Assembly: GCA_963839025.1 (NCBI GenBank) | Contig: CAWITT010000014.1 | Coordinates: forward strand, 134,175-198,174 | Length of the DNA stretch: 64,000 nt | Direction: 5' to 3' | From: an uncultured Acidobacteriaceae bacterium | Lineage (GTDB): Bacteria; Acidobacteriota; Terriglobia; Terriglobales; Acidobacteriaceae | Shown here: piece after piece, positions 46,218 to 55,575 of the stretch | Position numbering within the stretch: the stretch's first letter is position 1 | Layout: every line of letters begins with the position of its first letter | Translations under genes and position numbers: made by a program | The notes under the pieces: generated by a model | The model's database searches: none | What the model saw: only the letters and a program-made list of their open reading frames with translations | What the model was told of the DNA's origin: nothing

Positions 46218-47258
46218 ATGCATTCACACCAGAATCAACTCAAGCGCGTGCTCAGCGGCATGCGGCCCACCGGCAAGCTGCACCTCGGCAACTACATGGG
46301 CGCGCTCTACAACTGGGTCCGCCTGCAGCACGAGTACAACTGCTACTTTTTCGTCGCCGACTGGCACGCCCTCACCACCGATTACGCCGATCCCTCGAAC
46401 ATACGGCAGAACACAACCGATGTTGCGCTCGACTGGCTGGCGGCCGGGCTGGATCCCGAGCGTTGCGTGCTTTTTGTCCAGTCCCTGGTGCCCCAGCATG
46501 CGGAGCTGCACCTGCTGCTCTCCATGATCATGCCCCTCGGTTGGCTGGAGCGGGTACCAACTTACAAAGAGCAACAGTTACAAATGGGGGATAAGGATCT
46601 CGCCACCTACGGCTTTCTGGGATATCCCTTGCTCATGGCTACGGATATCCTGATCTATCAGGCCGACTTTGTACCCGTAGGCCAGGACCAGGTGGCGCAC
46701 GTGGAAGTGACCCGCGAAGTAGCCAGGCGATTCAACCACTTCTATCCGGGAGAGGCGGCGCCGATCCTGCCTGAGCCGCAGGTGTTGCTGACTCCTTCTC
46801 CCAAGCTGCCTGGCACCGATGGGCGCAAAATGTCGAAGAGCTACGGCAACACCATCATGCTCACGGATCCGGAACCGGTGGTGCGGAAGAAGATGAAGAC
46901 CATGGTGACCGATCCGGCGCGGGTCCGCCGCACCGACCCTGGCGATCCCGACGTTTGCCCGGTGGGTGACCTGCACAAGGTCTTTTCCTCCCCGGCAACA
47001 CTGGAAAAGGTCTATGCCGGGTGCCGGTCGGCCGGCATTGGGTGCATCGAGTGCAAGGGATGGGCGGCGGACGCGATTGTGGCGGAGCTGGCGCCGATGC
47101 AGGAGCGGCGCAGGCACTACGAGGAGCGGCCCGGGCTCGTGCATGACATCCTGCACACCGGTTCCACGCTGGCCAGGGCACGGGCGGAAGAAACCATGGG
47201 GCAGGTGAGGGAAGCCATGCACCTGGTGCACCCGGAGCCGGGAGAACGCGCGGTATGA
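46218..47258 (+). CDS. trpS: Tryptophan--tRNA ligase
   Basis: SGMRPTGKLHLGNYMGA (HIGH-type), GQDQVAHVEVTRE and GRKMSKSYGN (KMSKS). 346 aa. Confidence 0.95.
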   Translation: MHSHQNQLKRVLSGMRPTGKLHLGNYMGALYNWVRLQHEYNCYFFVADWHALTTDYADPSNIRQNTTDVALDWLAAGLDPERCVLFVQSLVPQHAELHLLLSMIMPLGWLERVPTYKEQQLQMGDKDLATYGFLGYPLLMATDILIYQADFVPVGQDQVAHVEVTREVARRFNHFYPGEAAPILPEPQVLLTPSPKLPGTDGRKMSKSYGNTIMLTDPEPVVRKKMKTMVTDPARVRRTDPGDPDVCPVGDLHKVFSSPATLEKVYAGCRSAGIGCIECKGWAADAIVAELAPMQERRRHYEERPGLVHDILHTGSTLARARAEETMGQVREAMHLVHPEPGERAV

Positions 47259-48088
47259 GTGAGCAAACGCCTGCGGAAAAACCGGCCAACAAGCGCGAAG
47301 CCGCGGAAAGCGCCTCGCCCTACAGCATCAGCGTGGGGGCGGTATACGACGGCCCACTGGACCTGCTGCTGGACCTTATCCGCAAGCAGGATATAGACAT
47401 TTACGACATTCCCATCGGCAGGATCACGGCCCAGTTCCTGTCCTACGTGGAGGGTTTGAAGCAAACCGAGGTGGATGCCGCCGCGGATTTCATTTACGTA
47501 GCCTCGCTGCTGATCCACATCAAGAGCCGCATGCTGCTGCCCCGCACCCCGGCGGATGGCGTCCAGGGGGACCAGGAAGATCCCCGGCGGGAACTGGTGG
47601 AGCGGCTGCTGGAGCACGAGCGATTCAAGAATGCGGCCCAGATGCTGCTGCAGAAGCAGCAGATAGAAGCTGCCACCTGGACCAATCCCGCGATACGGCA
47701 ATTCCGCCTCGAAGGCGGAGACGAGCCAGAGATCGCAGCCGACACCGTTGACTTGGTAAGGGTCTTCCGGGAGATTCTGGAGCGGGCGCGTCAGAGGCCG
47801 GTCCTGGACGTGGACGAGGACGCCGTAACCGTCTCCCAGATGCTTGATTTCGTACGTCGGCGGCTGACCATGGAAGATCGGCCGGTGTCTCTGAGCAGCC
47901 TGCTGAGGAATACCCGCTCGGAGCGCGCGCTCATCTGCATGTTTCTGGCTCTGCTGGAGTTAGTGCGCCTGCAGGCAGTACTGCTGCGTCAAGAGGCCAA
48001 TTTCGGCGAGGTCTACATCAAGAAGCACGCCTCGTTCGAGTCCGTCGTCAACCAGGGCCTGATCCAAGCAACAGACGACTGGCGTTAA
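47255..48088 (+). CDS. scpA: Segregation and condensation protein A
   Basis: VYDGPLDLLLDLIRKQDIDIYDIPIGRITAQFLSY and the C-terminal ALICMFLALLELVRLQAVLL. The ATGA start overlaps the trpS stop. Confidence 0.9.
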   Translation: MSEQTPAEKPANKREAAESASPYSISVGAVYDGPLDLLLDLIRKQDIDIYDIPIGRITAQFLSYVEGLKQTEVDAAADFIYVASLLIHIKSRMLLPRTPADGVQGDQEDPRRELVERLLEHERFKNAAQMLLQKQQIEAATWTNPAIRQFRLEGGDEPEIAADTVDLVRVFREILERARQRPVLDVDEDAVTVSQMLDFVRRRLTMEDRPVSLSSLLRNTRSERALICMFLALLELVRLQAVLLRQEANFGEVYIKKHASFESVVNQGLIQATDDWR

Positions 48089-48134
48089 CTTCTTCGGTCG
48101 AAGTACATGGGCGCCCGCTGTTGCGCTGCTACGA

Positions 48135-48268
48135 GAGTCCCGAAGGGACGGTTGAACTTAGCCCAGGACGCAGTCCTGGGTAAATTCGAAAACATGATCC
48201 AGTCCCGTAGGGTGGGATCACCCAGGACTGGCGTCCTGGGCTATTTTCAGGCCGTCCCTGCGGGACTC
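48135..48268 (+). repeat. Family-2 hairpin-rich intergenic repeat, copy 2
   Basis: Same 73-nt 5' part as copy 1, then a diverged second half ...CCCAGGACTGGCGTCCTGGGCTATTTTCAGGCCGTCCCTGCGGGACTC. The ends GAGTCCCGAAGGGACGG / CCGTCCCTGCGGGACTC are inverted. Confidence 0.85.
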
Positions 48269-48538
48269 GACGGAAACAGAGAAGGCCGATTCAGCAGCGC
48301 TCGGGGAGCGATCCAACTTTCTACGCCCATTTGAACAAAGACCCCGGCCGCCGCATGAGTCTCATCGAACCGGCCAAAATTCGCAGAATTTTAATATTCT
48401 GGGGTGCCGCAATTCATACTAACTGCCGATGTCCTTTGGTACCGTTCGGACACCTGCAATGTGGAGTGTGCGCACGTGAATGAAGGTAGCTCAGCGGTTC
48501 TGACCGCCCCTGGAAAAACTTCCGTCCTCGAACAGAAA

Positions 48539-50104
48539 ATGAACAAAAAGCAGGGCAAGATCCCGATGATCATCTTCGGGCTTGTTCTGGTCGGCGGCAT
48601 CGGCTGGGCTGCTTCTCAGCTTCTGGGCGACCTGTACGCGAACGGACGCACAGCGTCGGCAACCGCGTATTTCCTGCTGGCAGTGGCTCTGTTGATTGCC
48701 CTGGGGTTCGAGTTCGTGAATGGTTTCCACGATACGGCGAATGCGGTGGCCACCGTCATCTACACGCACTCGCTCGAACCGCACATTGCCGTGATGTGGT
48801 CCGGCACTTGGAATCTGATTGGGGTGCTGCTGTCCTCGGGCACGGTGGCCTTTGCCGTCGTCTCGTTGCTGCCGGTAGAGTTAATCCTCAAAGTCGGCTC
48901 AGGCGCCGGTTTTGCCATGGTCTTCGCGCTGCTGGTCTCGGCCATCCTGTGGAACCTGAGCACCTGGTGGTACGGACTGCCGGCCTCCAGCTCGCATACC
49001 CTCATCGGTTCCATCATCGGCGTCGGCTTGGCCAACCAGTTGATGGCCGGCGCAAGCGGAACCACCGGCGTGGATTGGTCGCAAGTAGGGAATGTTTTCC
49101 GCTCGCTGCTGATTTCACCCGTCGTCGGATTCGCCTTCTCCGCATTGTTGCTGCTGCTGTTCAAGGTTGTAATCAAAGACCCGCGCCTTTTCGAAGCGCC
49201 GAAAGGTGACGCCCCGCCACCGTTCTGGATTCGCGGTCTCCTGGTACTGACCTGCACCGGCGTAAGCTTTGCCCACGGCTCCAATGACGGGCAGAAGGGC
49301 ATGGGACTCATCATGCTGATCCTGATCGGCACCGTGCCCACGGCCTACGCTCTCAATCACGCAGTCGGCTACAGCCAGGTCCAGGACTTCGTTGCGGTAT
49401 CCGAACAGGCAGCCAAAGTGATGAGCGCCCACGTGGATTCAAACGCGGTTATCGACGACCCGCGCAAGGATCTCACGGAATACCTGCAGACCAAGACGGA
49501 AACTCCGACCACGATTTTGGCGGAGCGGCAGATGATCCTCGAGATCGAGCACGAGGTCGCCTTCTACAAAACCCTGAAAGGCGTGCCCGCCAAGCAGCAA
49601 TCGAACGTGCGCAATGACATGTACATCTCGAGCGAAGCATTGCGCCTTTTCGCCAAGTCAAAGAAGCCGGCCTTTACCGCGGACGAGGCTGCGGTGATGG
49701 TGAATTACAAGAAGAAGCTCGATCTTGCCACCAAGTTCATCCCTACCTGGGTCAAGGTCGCAGTCGCGATTGCCCTGGGATTGGGTACGATGATCGGCTG
49801 GAAGCGGATTGTGGTGACGGTCGGGGAGAAGATCGGGAAAACCCACCTGACTTACGCCCAGGGCGCCTCCGCTGAACTGGTGGCAATGTGCACCATTCTT
49901 GCTGCGGATAACTACGGATTACCGGTCAGTACTACCCACGTGCTCTCCTCCGGCGTGGCGGGAACCATGATGGCCAACAAGAGCGGACTGCAGTGGTCCA
50001 CCATCCGCAACATCGCGGCGGCATGGGTTTTCACCCTTCCCGTGGCTGCCTTGATGTCTGCCGGACTGTTCTGGATCTTTGTACAGTTTGCTCCGAAAGG
50101 CTGA
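48539..50104 (+). CDS. PiT-family inorganic phosphate transporter
   Basis: Signature GFEFVNGFHDTANAVAT and second-half block FAHGSNDGQKGMG. Polytopic. ATG 48539 (MNKKQGKIPMIIFGLVLV) is preferred over 48404. Confidence 0.85.
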   Translation: MNKKQGKIPMIIFGLVLVGGIGWAASQLLGDLYANGRTASATAYFLLAVALLIALGFEFVNGFHDTANAVATVIYTHSLEPHIAVMWSGTWNLIGVLLSSGTVAFAVVSLLPVELILKVGSGAGFAMVFALLVSAILWNLSTWWYGLPASSSHTLIGSIIGVGLANQLMAGASGTTGVDWSQVGNVFRSLLISPVVGFAFSALLLLLFKVVIKDPRLFEAPKGDAPPPFWIRGLLVLTCTGVSFAHGSNDGQKGMGLIMLILIGTVPTAYALNHAVGYSQVQDFVAVSEQAAKVMSAHVDSNAVIDDPRKDLTEYLQTKTETPTTILAERQMILEIEHEVAFYKTLKGVPAKQQSNVRNDMYISSEALRLFAKSKKPAFTADEAAVMVNYKKKLDLATKFIPTWVKVAVAIALGLGTMIGWKRIVVTVGEKIGKTHLTYAQGASAELVAMCTILAADNYGLPVSTTHVLSSGVAGTMMANKSGLQWSTIRNIAAAWVFTLPVAALMSAGLFWIFVQFAPKG

Positions 50105-50133
50105 TCAGGCCGCGCAAAGACGAGCGAAAAGAT

Positions 50134-50175
50134 AGGCGCTTCGATAGTATGAATCGAGGCGCCTTTTCCTTTTGG
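50134..50175 (+). terminator. Intrinsic terminator after the PiT gene
   Basis: AGGCGCTTCGAT-AGTATGA-ATCGAGGCGCCT (12-bp stem, one mismatch) followed by TTTCCTTTTGG. Confidence 0.7.
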
Positions 50176-50188
50176 CGCATGATTTTCC

Positions 50189-51100
50189 ATGAGCCTGAAG
50201 CCCAAGCTGGAAGCCGTGATCTACGCAGCAGAGGAGCCCGTAACCCTGGCCCAGCTGGCTGTTATTTTTGCCGACGAAGTCCTGCCGCCATCCAAACAGG
50301 TGTCTGAGCCGGAACAGATCGCCTTGGCCGGCCTGTCCCCCGAAACGGAAGCCCCCTCGGAAACTGCCCAGGAAGTCGCGCCTGCGCCGGCCGAGGACGC
50401 CGGTTCGGTTCCCCCCCAGGAAACCAGCCCCACGCTAGAGGAAGCCCCACCCGTAGCCGAGGCTCCCGCCACCGCGGAAGCGGCCGACGAAAAGAAAGCA
50501 GCCCGCCAGCGCGACCGCCAAGTCCGCCAGGTGCTGCAGGGAGTGCTGGATGAGCTGATGGGGGATTATGCCAACAGCGAGCGGGGTATGGAGATCCGGG
50601 AGATTGCCGGCGGCTACCGGATGGCGACCAAGCCCGAATATCACGACGCGGTCCGTGGTTTTGTCAAAAGCTTAAAGCCGCCGATGAAGCTCTCGCTGCA
50701 AGCCCTGGAGACGCTGGCAGTGATTGCGTACAAGCAGCCGGTGACCGCGCCCGAGGTCAGCGAGATCCGCGGGGTCGACTCAGGTGGGGTCCTAGGCAGC
50801 CTGGTGAGCCGCAAACTGATCACCACCGCGGGAAGAAAGCCGGTCATTGGCAGGCCCATTCTTTATAAGACCACCAAGGAGTTTCTGCTCCGCTTCGGGC
50901 TGAAAGACGTGAACGACCTGCCCAGCATGGAAGAGTTCGAAAAGATGGCAGGAGAACTGGCTGAGACCGAGGCCGAAGCTGAAGGGCAACCTCAAGAAGA
51001 AGTAGTTGTGAGCTCCGCCGATCCCGAACCCGAGGCAGAATCCCAGACCGGGGTCCAGGCAGAATCCCAAGCCGAGCCGGAACCCGAGCCGCAGCCATGA
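50189..51100 (+). CDS. scpB: Segregation and condensation protein B with a Pro/Ala/Glu-rich insertion and acidic tail
   Basis: LEAVIYAAEEPVTLAQLA ... GMEIREIAGGYRMATKPEY ... LSLQALETLAVIAYKQPVTAPEVSEIRGV ... GRPILYKTTKEFL. An insert of about 85 aa follows residue 28. Confidence 0.9.
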   Translation: MSLKPKLEAVIYAAEEPVTLAQLAVIFADEVLPPSKQVSEPEQIALAGLSPETEAPSETAQEVAPAPAEDAGSVPPQETSPTLEEAPPVAEAPATAEAADEKKAARQRDRQVRQVLQGVLDELMGDYANSERGMEIREIAGGYRMATKPEYHDAVRGFVKSLKPPMKLSLQALETLAVIAYKQPVTAPEVSEIRGVDSGGVLGSLVSRKLITTAGRKPVIGRPILYKTTKEFLLRFGLKDVNDLPSMEEFEKMAGELAETEAEAEGQPQEEVVVSSADPEPEAESQTGVQAESQAEPEPEPQP

Positions 51101-51924
51101 CCGAGGCGCCGAACCAGCAGCGCTTGCAAAAGATCGTGGCGGCTGCCGGCATCGCATCGCGCCGCAAGGCGGAGGAGTTGATCACCTCCGGCCGGGTGCA
51201 GGTCAATGGTCAGAAAGTAACCGAACTTGGCTCGAAGGCAGATCCCGAGCGCGACCATATCCGCGTCGACGGCAAGCTGCTCAAAAAACCGCAAGCCTTC
51301 CGCTACTTCATGCTGAACAAGCCGAAGGGAGTCGTCACCACCGTCTCCGATCCGGAAGGCAGGCCGACGGTGATGAAGTTTTTCTCCCGCGCCGGCGCCC
51401 GAGTCTTCCCGGTTGGCCGCCTGGACTACCAGAGCGAAGGCTTGCTGCTGATGACCAACGACGGTGAACTGGCCAACGTGCTGACCAGCGCGGCCTCCCA
51501 CGTAGAAAAGACCTACCTGGTGAAGGTGAGTGGCGTTCCTACGGAGCAGGCCTTGGAGCAGCTGCGCCACGGGGTGATGATCGAGCGCGGCCGCCGGGGA
51601 GAGCGCGAGGGCCGGGTGATGACCCAACCGGCAAAAATCAGCCTCGTGCGCGACACCGACAATCCCTGGTACGAAGTGGTGCTCACCGAAGGGAAAAACC
51701 GGGAAATTCGCAAGATGTTCGAAGAGGTAGGACATTTTGTGGAGAAGGTCAGGCGAGTCGGCTTTGGTCCCTTGATCCTTGATGTCCGCCCCGGGGAAAT
51801 GCGCGAGCTGAATGAAGAAGAAGTAAGTCAACTGAAGCGAGCGTCGCGCAAGAAGGCCGCTCCGCGCCCGAAATCCGGGCCGGCGGCGCTGCCTAAGCGG
51901 GTCCGCAAACGCGCCAAAAAGTAG
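51097..51924 (+). CDS. rluB: rRNA pseudouridine synthase (RluB/RsuA family)
   Basis: S4 domain RLQKIVAAAGIASRRKAEELITSGRVQVNG, catalytic block VGRLDYQSEGLLLMTNDG and a basic C-terminal tail. The ATGA start overlaps the scpB stop. Confidence 0.9.
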   Translation: MTEAPNQQRLQKIVAAAGIASRRKAEELITSGRVQVNGQKVTELGSKADPERDHIRVDGKLLKKPQAFRYFMLNKPKGVVTTVSDPEGRPTVMKFFSRAGARVFPVGRLDYQSEGLLLMTNDGELANVLTSAASHVEKTYLVKVSGVPTEQALEQLRHGVMIERGRRGEREGRVMTQPAKISLVRDTDNPWYEVVLTEGKNREIRKMFEEVGHFVEKVRRVGFGPLILDVRPGEMRELNEEEVSQLKRASRKKAAPRPKSGPAALPKRVRKRAKK

Positions 51925-51957
51925 GAGGCGACCCTCCTGCCTACTCTGACCACCGAT

Positions 51958-53115
51958 GTGGTAATTATCGGCGCCGGTGCGGCTGGCCTGTTTTGCGCCA
52001 TGCACGCGGCTGCCGGAGGCCGGCGCGTGCTGCTGCTCGATCATGCGAACCGCGTAGGGAGAAAGATCCTTATCTCCGGTGGGGGGCGCTGTAACTTCAC
52101 CAATCGGCACACTACGCCGGCGAATTTCCTTTCCGCGAATCCTCATTTTGCAAAGTCCGCGCTGGCCCGCTACACTCCGGCCGATTTCCTGGATCTGGTC
52201 GAGCGCCACCAAATCCCATGGCATGAGAAAACGCTGGGCCAGCTCTTTTGCGACCGTGCCGCCAGTGACATTGTTGCCATGCTGGAGCGCGAGTGCGTAA
52301 CTGCCGGAGTGACAATTTTGCTGAGCGCCCGGGTGGCGAACGTCACTTACGGTAAGGGATTTGAGCTGGAGACGGATCGCGGCAGAATCGAGGCGCAATC
52401 CCTGGTGATCGCCAGCGGTGGACTGTCTATTCCAAAGCTGGGAGCCACCCCGTTTGGCTACCAGGTCGCGCAGCAGTTTGGCCTGAAGATTCTCGCTTGC
52501 CGGCCCGCGCTGGTCCCGCTCACGTTCGCTCCTCAGGACCTTGCTCGCTACGACGGTTTGGCGGGAGTGTCGACCGAGGTAATGGCCTCCGCCGGCCTCG
52601 GAAGCTTTCGGGAAAAAATGCTTTTTACTCACCGCGGCCTCAGCGGACCGGCGGTCCTGCAAATTTCTTCCTACTGGCAGCCGGGTCAGGCGGTAGGGAT
52701 CGATCTGGCTCCAGGTCAGGAATGGACCGCTGCGCTTCGCTCGCCGAAAGCCCGGCGGGACTTGGCGACCGCACGAATCGCGCTCCGCACCGTCCTGCCG
52801 CACCGGCTCGCCGACCGCTGGCTGTCGCTACAGCCGCCTTCCGCATGGACGAACCGCGGCCTCGAAGAGGCGGAGACCGCGCTGCACTCGTGGGCCGTTT
52901 GTCCCTCCGGTACCGAAGGCTACGAAAAAGCGGAGGTCACGGCAGGAGGCGTGGATACGTCCGAGCTAAGCGCCCGGACGATGGAGAGCGGCAAAGTGCC
53001 CGGACTCTTCTTTATCGGCGAAGTGGTCGACGTGACCGGGCATCTGGGAGGCTTTAACTTCCAGTGGGCTTGGGCCTCCGGAGCGGCTGCGGGACGGGCG
53101 CTAGCAGGTAATTGA
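51958..53115 (+). CDS. HI0933/YhiN-like (BaiN-type) flavoprotein
   Basis: VVIIGAGAAGLFCA dinucleotide motif, family block SGGGRCNFTN and C-terminal FFIGEVVDVTGHLGGFNFQWAWASG. The start is GTG 51958 or slightly upstream. Confidence 0.85.
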   Translation: MVIIGAGAAGLFCAMHAAAGGRRVLLLDHANRVGRKILISGGGRCNFTNRHTTPANFLSANPHFAKSALARYTPADFLDLVERHQIPWHEKTLGQLFCDRAASDIVAMLERECVTAGVTILLSARVANVTYGKGFELETDRGRIEAQSLVIASGGLSIPKLGATPFGYQVAQQFGLKILACRPALVPLTFAPQDLARYDGLAGVSTEVMASAGLGSFREKMLFTHRGLSGPAVLQISSYWQPGQAVGIDLAPGQEWTAALRSPKARRDLATARIALRTVLPHRLADRWLSLQPPSAWTNRGLEEAETALHSWAVCPSGTEGYEKAEVTAGGVDTSELSARTMESGKVPGLFFIGEVVDVTGHLGGFNFQWAWASGAAAGRALAGN

Positions 53116-53118
53116 CGG

Positions 53119-54570
53119 CTACTGGATCCTGGCGATGGCCGCCTTCTCTTTCATGGAAATATCCGCTGGAAGAGGAAGGTACCCCAAAGCGGCGGCTTGT
53201 CGCTGGCCCGGTCCCAGCATCCAGCCTAAAAAGCCGGTGATGGCATTGCGTTTGGCGTCATCGGAACTGCGCGCCGGAACCACAATCCACGTAAACGAAC
53301 AGATGGGATAAACCCCTTCACCGGGTGTATCCACCATAGAGACTTTGAGGTCGTGCCCGCCCTTGGTGGCGTGGCTCACGGCAGCATCGATACTTTCCAG
53401 GCTGGCAGAGACGAACTTCCCATCGCGGTTTCGAACTCTTCCGTAGCTCAGGTGGTTCTGCAGGGCATAGATGAACTCCACATAGCCAATGGAGCCGGCG
53501 TGCTCCGCGACCATTTTGGAGACCCCATCATTTCCGGCGGCCTCCAAACCTACCGGCCATTTGGGAAGCAGGCTTGTACCCACCTGGGCCTTCCACTCCG
53601 GGCTGGTCTTTGCCAGATAGTCCGTCCAAACATAACTGCTTCCGCTGCCATCCGCACGATGAACGACGGTAATGTCGAGATCCGGAAGGTGCAAGCTGCG
53701 ATTCACACGAGTGAGGTTCGGATCGTTCCATTTCTTGATTTTGCCCAGGTAAATACCTGCCAGGGCTTCGGGCGTGAACGCAATGTCGCCGGGTAATCCG
53801 GGCAGGTTAACTACCGGAACGATTGCGCCGGCCACCGATGGAATGAACAGGTACTTCTCTTCGTCCGTTGGGGCGAGGTCGTGAATGACCTGCGGGCTAT
53901 CCGAGGCCGCGAAGTCGACGCTGCCGGCAAGCAGCCTGCGGACGCCCGCTTCGGACCCGATTGGTTCATACGTGATCTGCAACGACGGAACGGCACGCCG
54001 ATAGTTGGTGAACCATTTTGCATAGACTGGAGCAGGAAAGGTGGCTCCTGCTCCTTCCAGGATGATCGTCGGCCGGGAAGGAGGCGGGGCGCTCGATGGC
54101 GCCTCTGCTCCTTTCAGCGCTCCGGCAAGTTTATCCACGATCATCGTGGCCAGATCGTTCGTCACATCCTTGGACCCCGCCGGCGGGGTAGCCAGGTAGG
54201 ACCATAGCGATTGGCCGTCCTTATCTCGTAGCTCGATCGAAAGGAAGCCGGTGTAGATGGGAGAGCCATCAGCCGGGCCGCCGCCGAGTTGAGGGTTGTG
54301 GCTGCGATATCCCTTTATCCAAACCTCGCCACCGCCACCCAGAATGGCATCCGCGCTGGCCGCATCGTCTGCTAACGAGACAATGTGCGACGCGCGCAGT
54401 TCGCTGATGAGTTTGTCGCGAAACTTCTCCGCCCCCTCCCGGGTAGCGAACGGCTCGACATAGATCCGCCGGATCGTATTGGGGGCCGTCGCCTGCCAGC
54501 CAAATGCGGAGCCGAGCATCACCCATACGAGCGCCAAAGATACGGTCAACCAAAGCGGCGAGACCCTCAT
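53119..54570 (-). CDS. PstS-family phosphate-binding protein fused to an unknown N-terminal domain of about 165 aa
   Basis: Signal peptide, then an unrecognised domain (RRIYVEPFATREGAEKFRDKLISEL...), a Pro/Ser linker, and the PstS core LEGAGATFPAPVYAKWF...GSEAG...ASD...GSGSSYVWT. Confidence 0.8.
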   Translation of the reverse strand: MRVSPLWLTVSLALVWVMLGSAFGWQATAPNTIRRIYVEPFATREGAEKFRDKLISELRASHIVSLADDAASADAILGGGGEVWIKGYRSHNPQLGGGPADGSPIYTGFLSIELRDKDGQSLWSYLATPPAGSKDVTNDLATMIVDKLAGALKGAEAPSSAPPPSRPTIILEGAGATFPAPVYAKWFTNYRRAVPSLQITYEPIGSEAGVRRLLAGSVDFAASDSPQVIHDLAPTDEEKYLFIPSVAGAIVPVVNLPGLPGDIAFTPEALAGIYLGKIKKWNDPNLTRVNRSLHLPDLDITVVHRADGSGSSYVWTDYLAKTSPEWKAQVGTSLLPKWPVGLEAAGNDGVSKMVAEHAGSIGYVEFIYALQNHLSYGRVRNRDGKFVSASLESIDAAVSHATKGGHDLKVSMVDTPGEGVYPICSFTWIVVPARSSDDAKRNAITGFLGWMLGPGQRQAAALGYLPLPADISMKEKAAIARIQ

Positions 54571-54612
54571 GGCAGGAATTATCCTCCGAACTTCGTGGCG
54601 AACCCGTACCCC

Positions 54613-55575
54613 TTACTTGTGCCCGAACAGCTCCACACCAAACACAACACGCCATTGCGCTGCGCCGAAGCTTTGATCGAGAGCGTGGCCGACTCCCAGT
54701 TTTATCCGCATTTTCCGTCCGGCGCCAGTTTGCTCCAAGCGGCCGGTTAAAAGCGCCTCCGTTCCCGTCTCGCCGCTGAAGAACGAATGAAAAGCCGTCT
54801 GACCGAAAATCTCGGGCCCGGCCACCACCACCCAACCCGCAGGCCCGTCAAAGCTGCGCCCGCCGCTGATCCCATAGAGAAACTCGCTGCCGTTCGGGCT
54901 GCCTGGGACGGGAGCATCATTGAGCGGCCGGACATGAACACCCAGTTGGCCGGAATACCGGAAACGCCCGGAGTTCCCGGCAGCGAGGACGCGAAACATG
55001 GCGCGGTAGCGGGCATCGGATAGGTAATCAGCGCGGTCGCCTGAGGGAAAGATGAGCTGGGCCCCCGCGCCGAGACGAAGCCGGCTGCCCGGCATCCCCG
55101 ACAAACGAACATCTACGCCGATGCGTGGATCGGAAATGCTGTCAGGGGTTGTTCCCAGGCTGACGGACGGAGCGGTGAACTGATACGGACCCAGCGTCCC
55201 GCTCGTTCCGCTGAGCAGGAGGGGTGTGGGAAGGTTGATATAACCGCGAAAGCGGTTGTAGGTAACGGCGCCGCCGATATCGAAGAATGCCTCTTCTCTC
55301 ACCACTGCGAGTTTCTGCTTGCCATCCGGGCCCGTAATCACCAGCGGATTGCGCGCATAGCCCGAGGTAAGTGCGACGGCGCCCCCCAGCCCGCCACTTA
55401 TGTTGAGATCATCCATGACGAACCATCCGCTGCCCGGGGCCGACTGATACAAGCGCTCCACCGCGAAGCCCGCCGGCTGTTGCTGTGCGGTCGCGACCGG
55501 GCGCAACAAACTCAGCAGAACCAGTCCCGCAATCAGCGTCCCGGCGCGGCCCCGCAATGATTCAAAACTCGCCAT
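54613..55575 (-). CDS. Outer-membrane beta-barrel-like protein of unknown function
   Basis: Signal peptide LIAGLVLLSLLRPVATAQQ and alternating Gly/aromatic beta-strand-like pattern. The C-terminal end is VVFGVELFGHK. No family recognised. Confidence 0.5.
   Translation of the reverse strand: MASFESLRGRAGTLIAGLVLLSLLRPVATAQQQPAGFAVERLYQSAPGSGWFVMDDLNISGGLGGAVALTSGYARNPLVITGPDGKQKLAVVREEAFFDIGGAVTYNRFRGYINLPTPLLLSGTSGTLGPYQFTAPSVSLGTTPDSISDPRIGVDVRLSGMPGSRLRLGAGAQLIFPSGDRADYLSDARYRAMFRVLAAGNSGRFRYSGQLGVHVRPLNDAPVPGSPNGSEFLYGISGGRSFDGPAGWVVVAGPEIFGQTAFHSFFSGETGTEALLTGRLEQTGAGRKMRIKLGVGHALDQSFGAAQWRVVFGVELFGHK

Noticed and set aside
50992-52803. 603-aa ORF on the minus strand spanning the rluB and flavoprotein genes
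   Set aside because: It is antisense to two well-supported + strand genes with clear family motifs. Its composition is Arg/Gly/Ala/Leu-rich, as expected for shadow ORFs in GC-rich DNA, and it has no recognisable motifs.
53113-53121. Convergent stop codons only 3 nt apart (flavoprotein / PstS-like), and 9 nt apart at 23217/23227
   Set aside because: Tight convergent ends without terminators are common in compact genomes, and no additional structure was seen.
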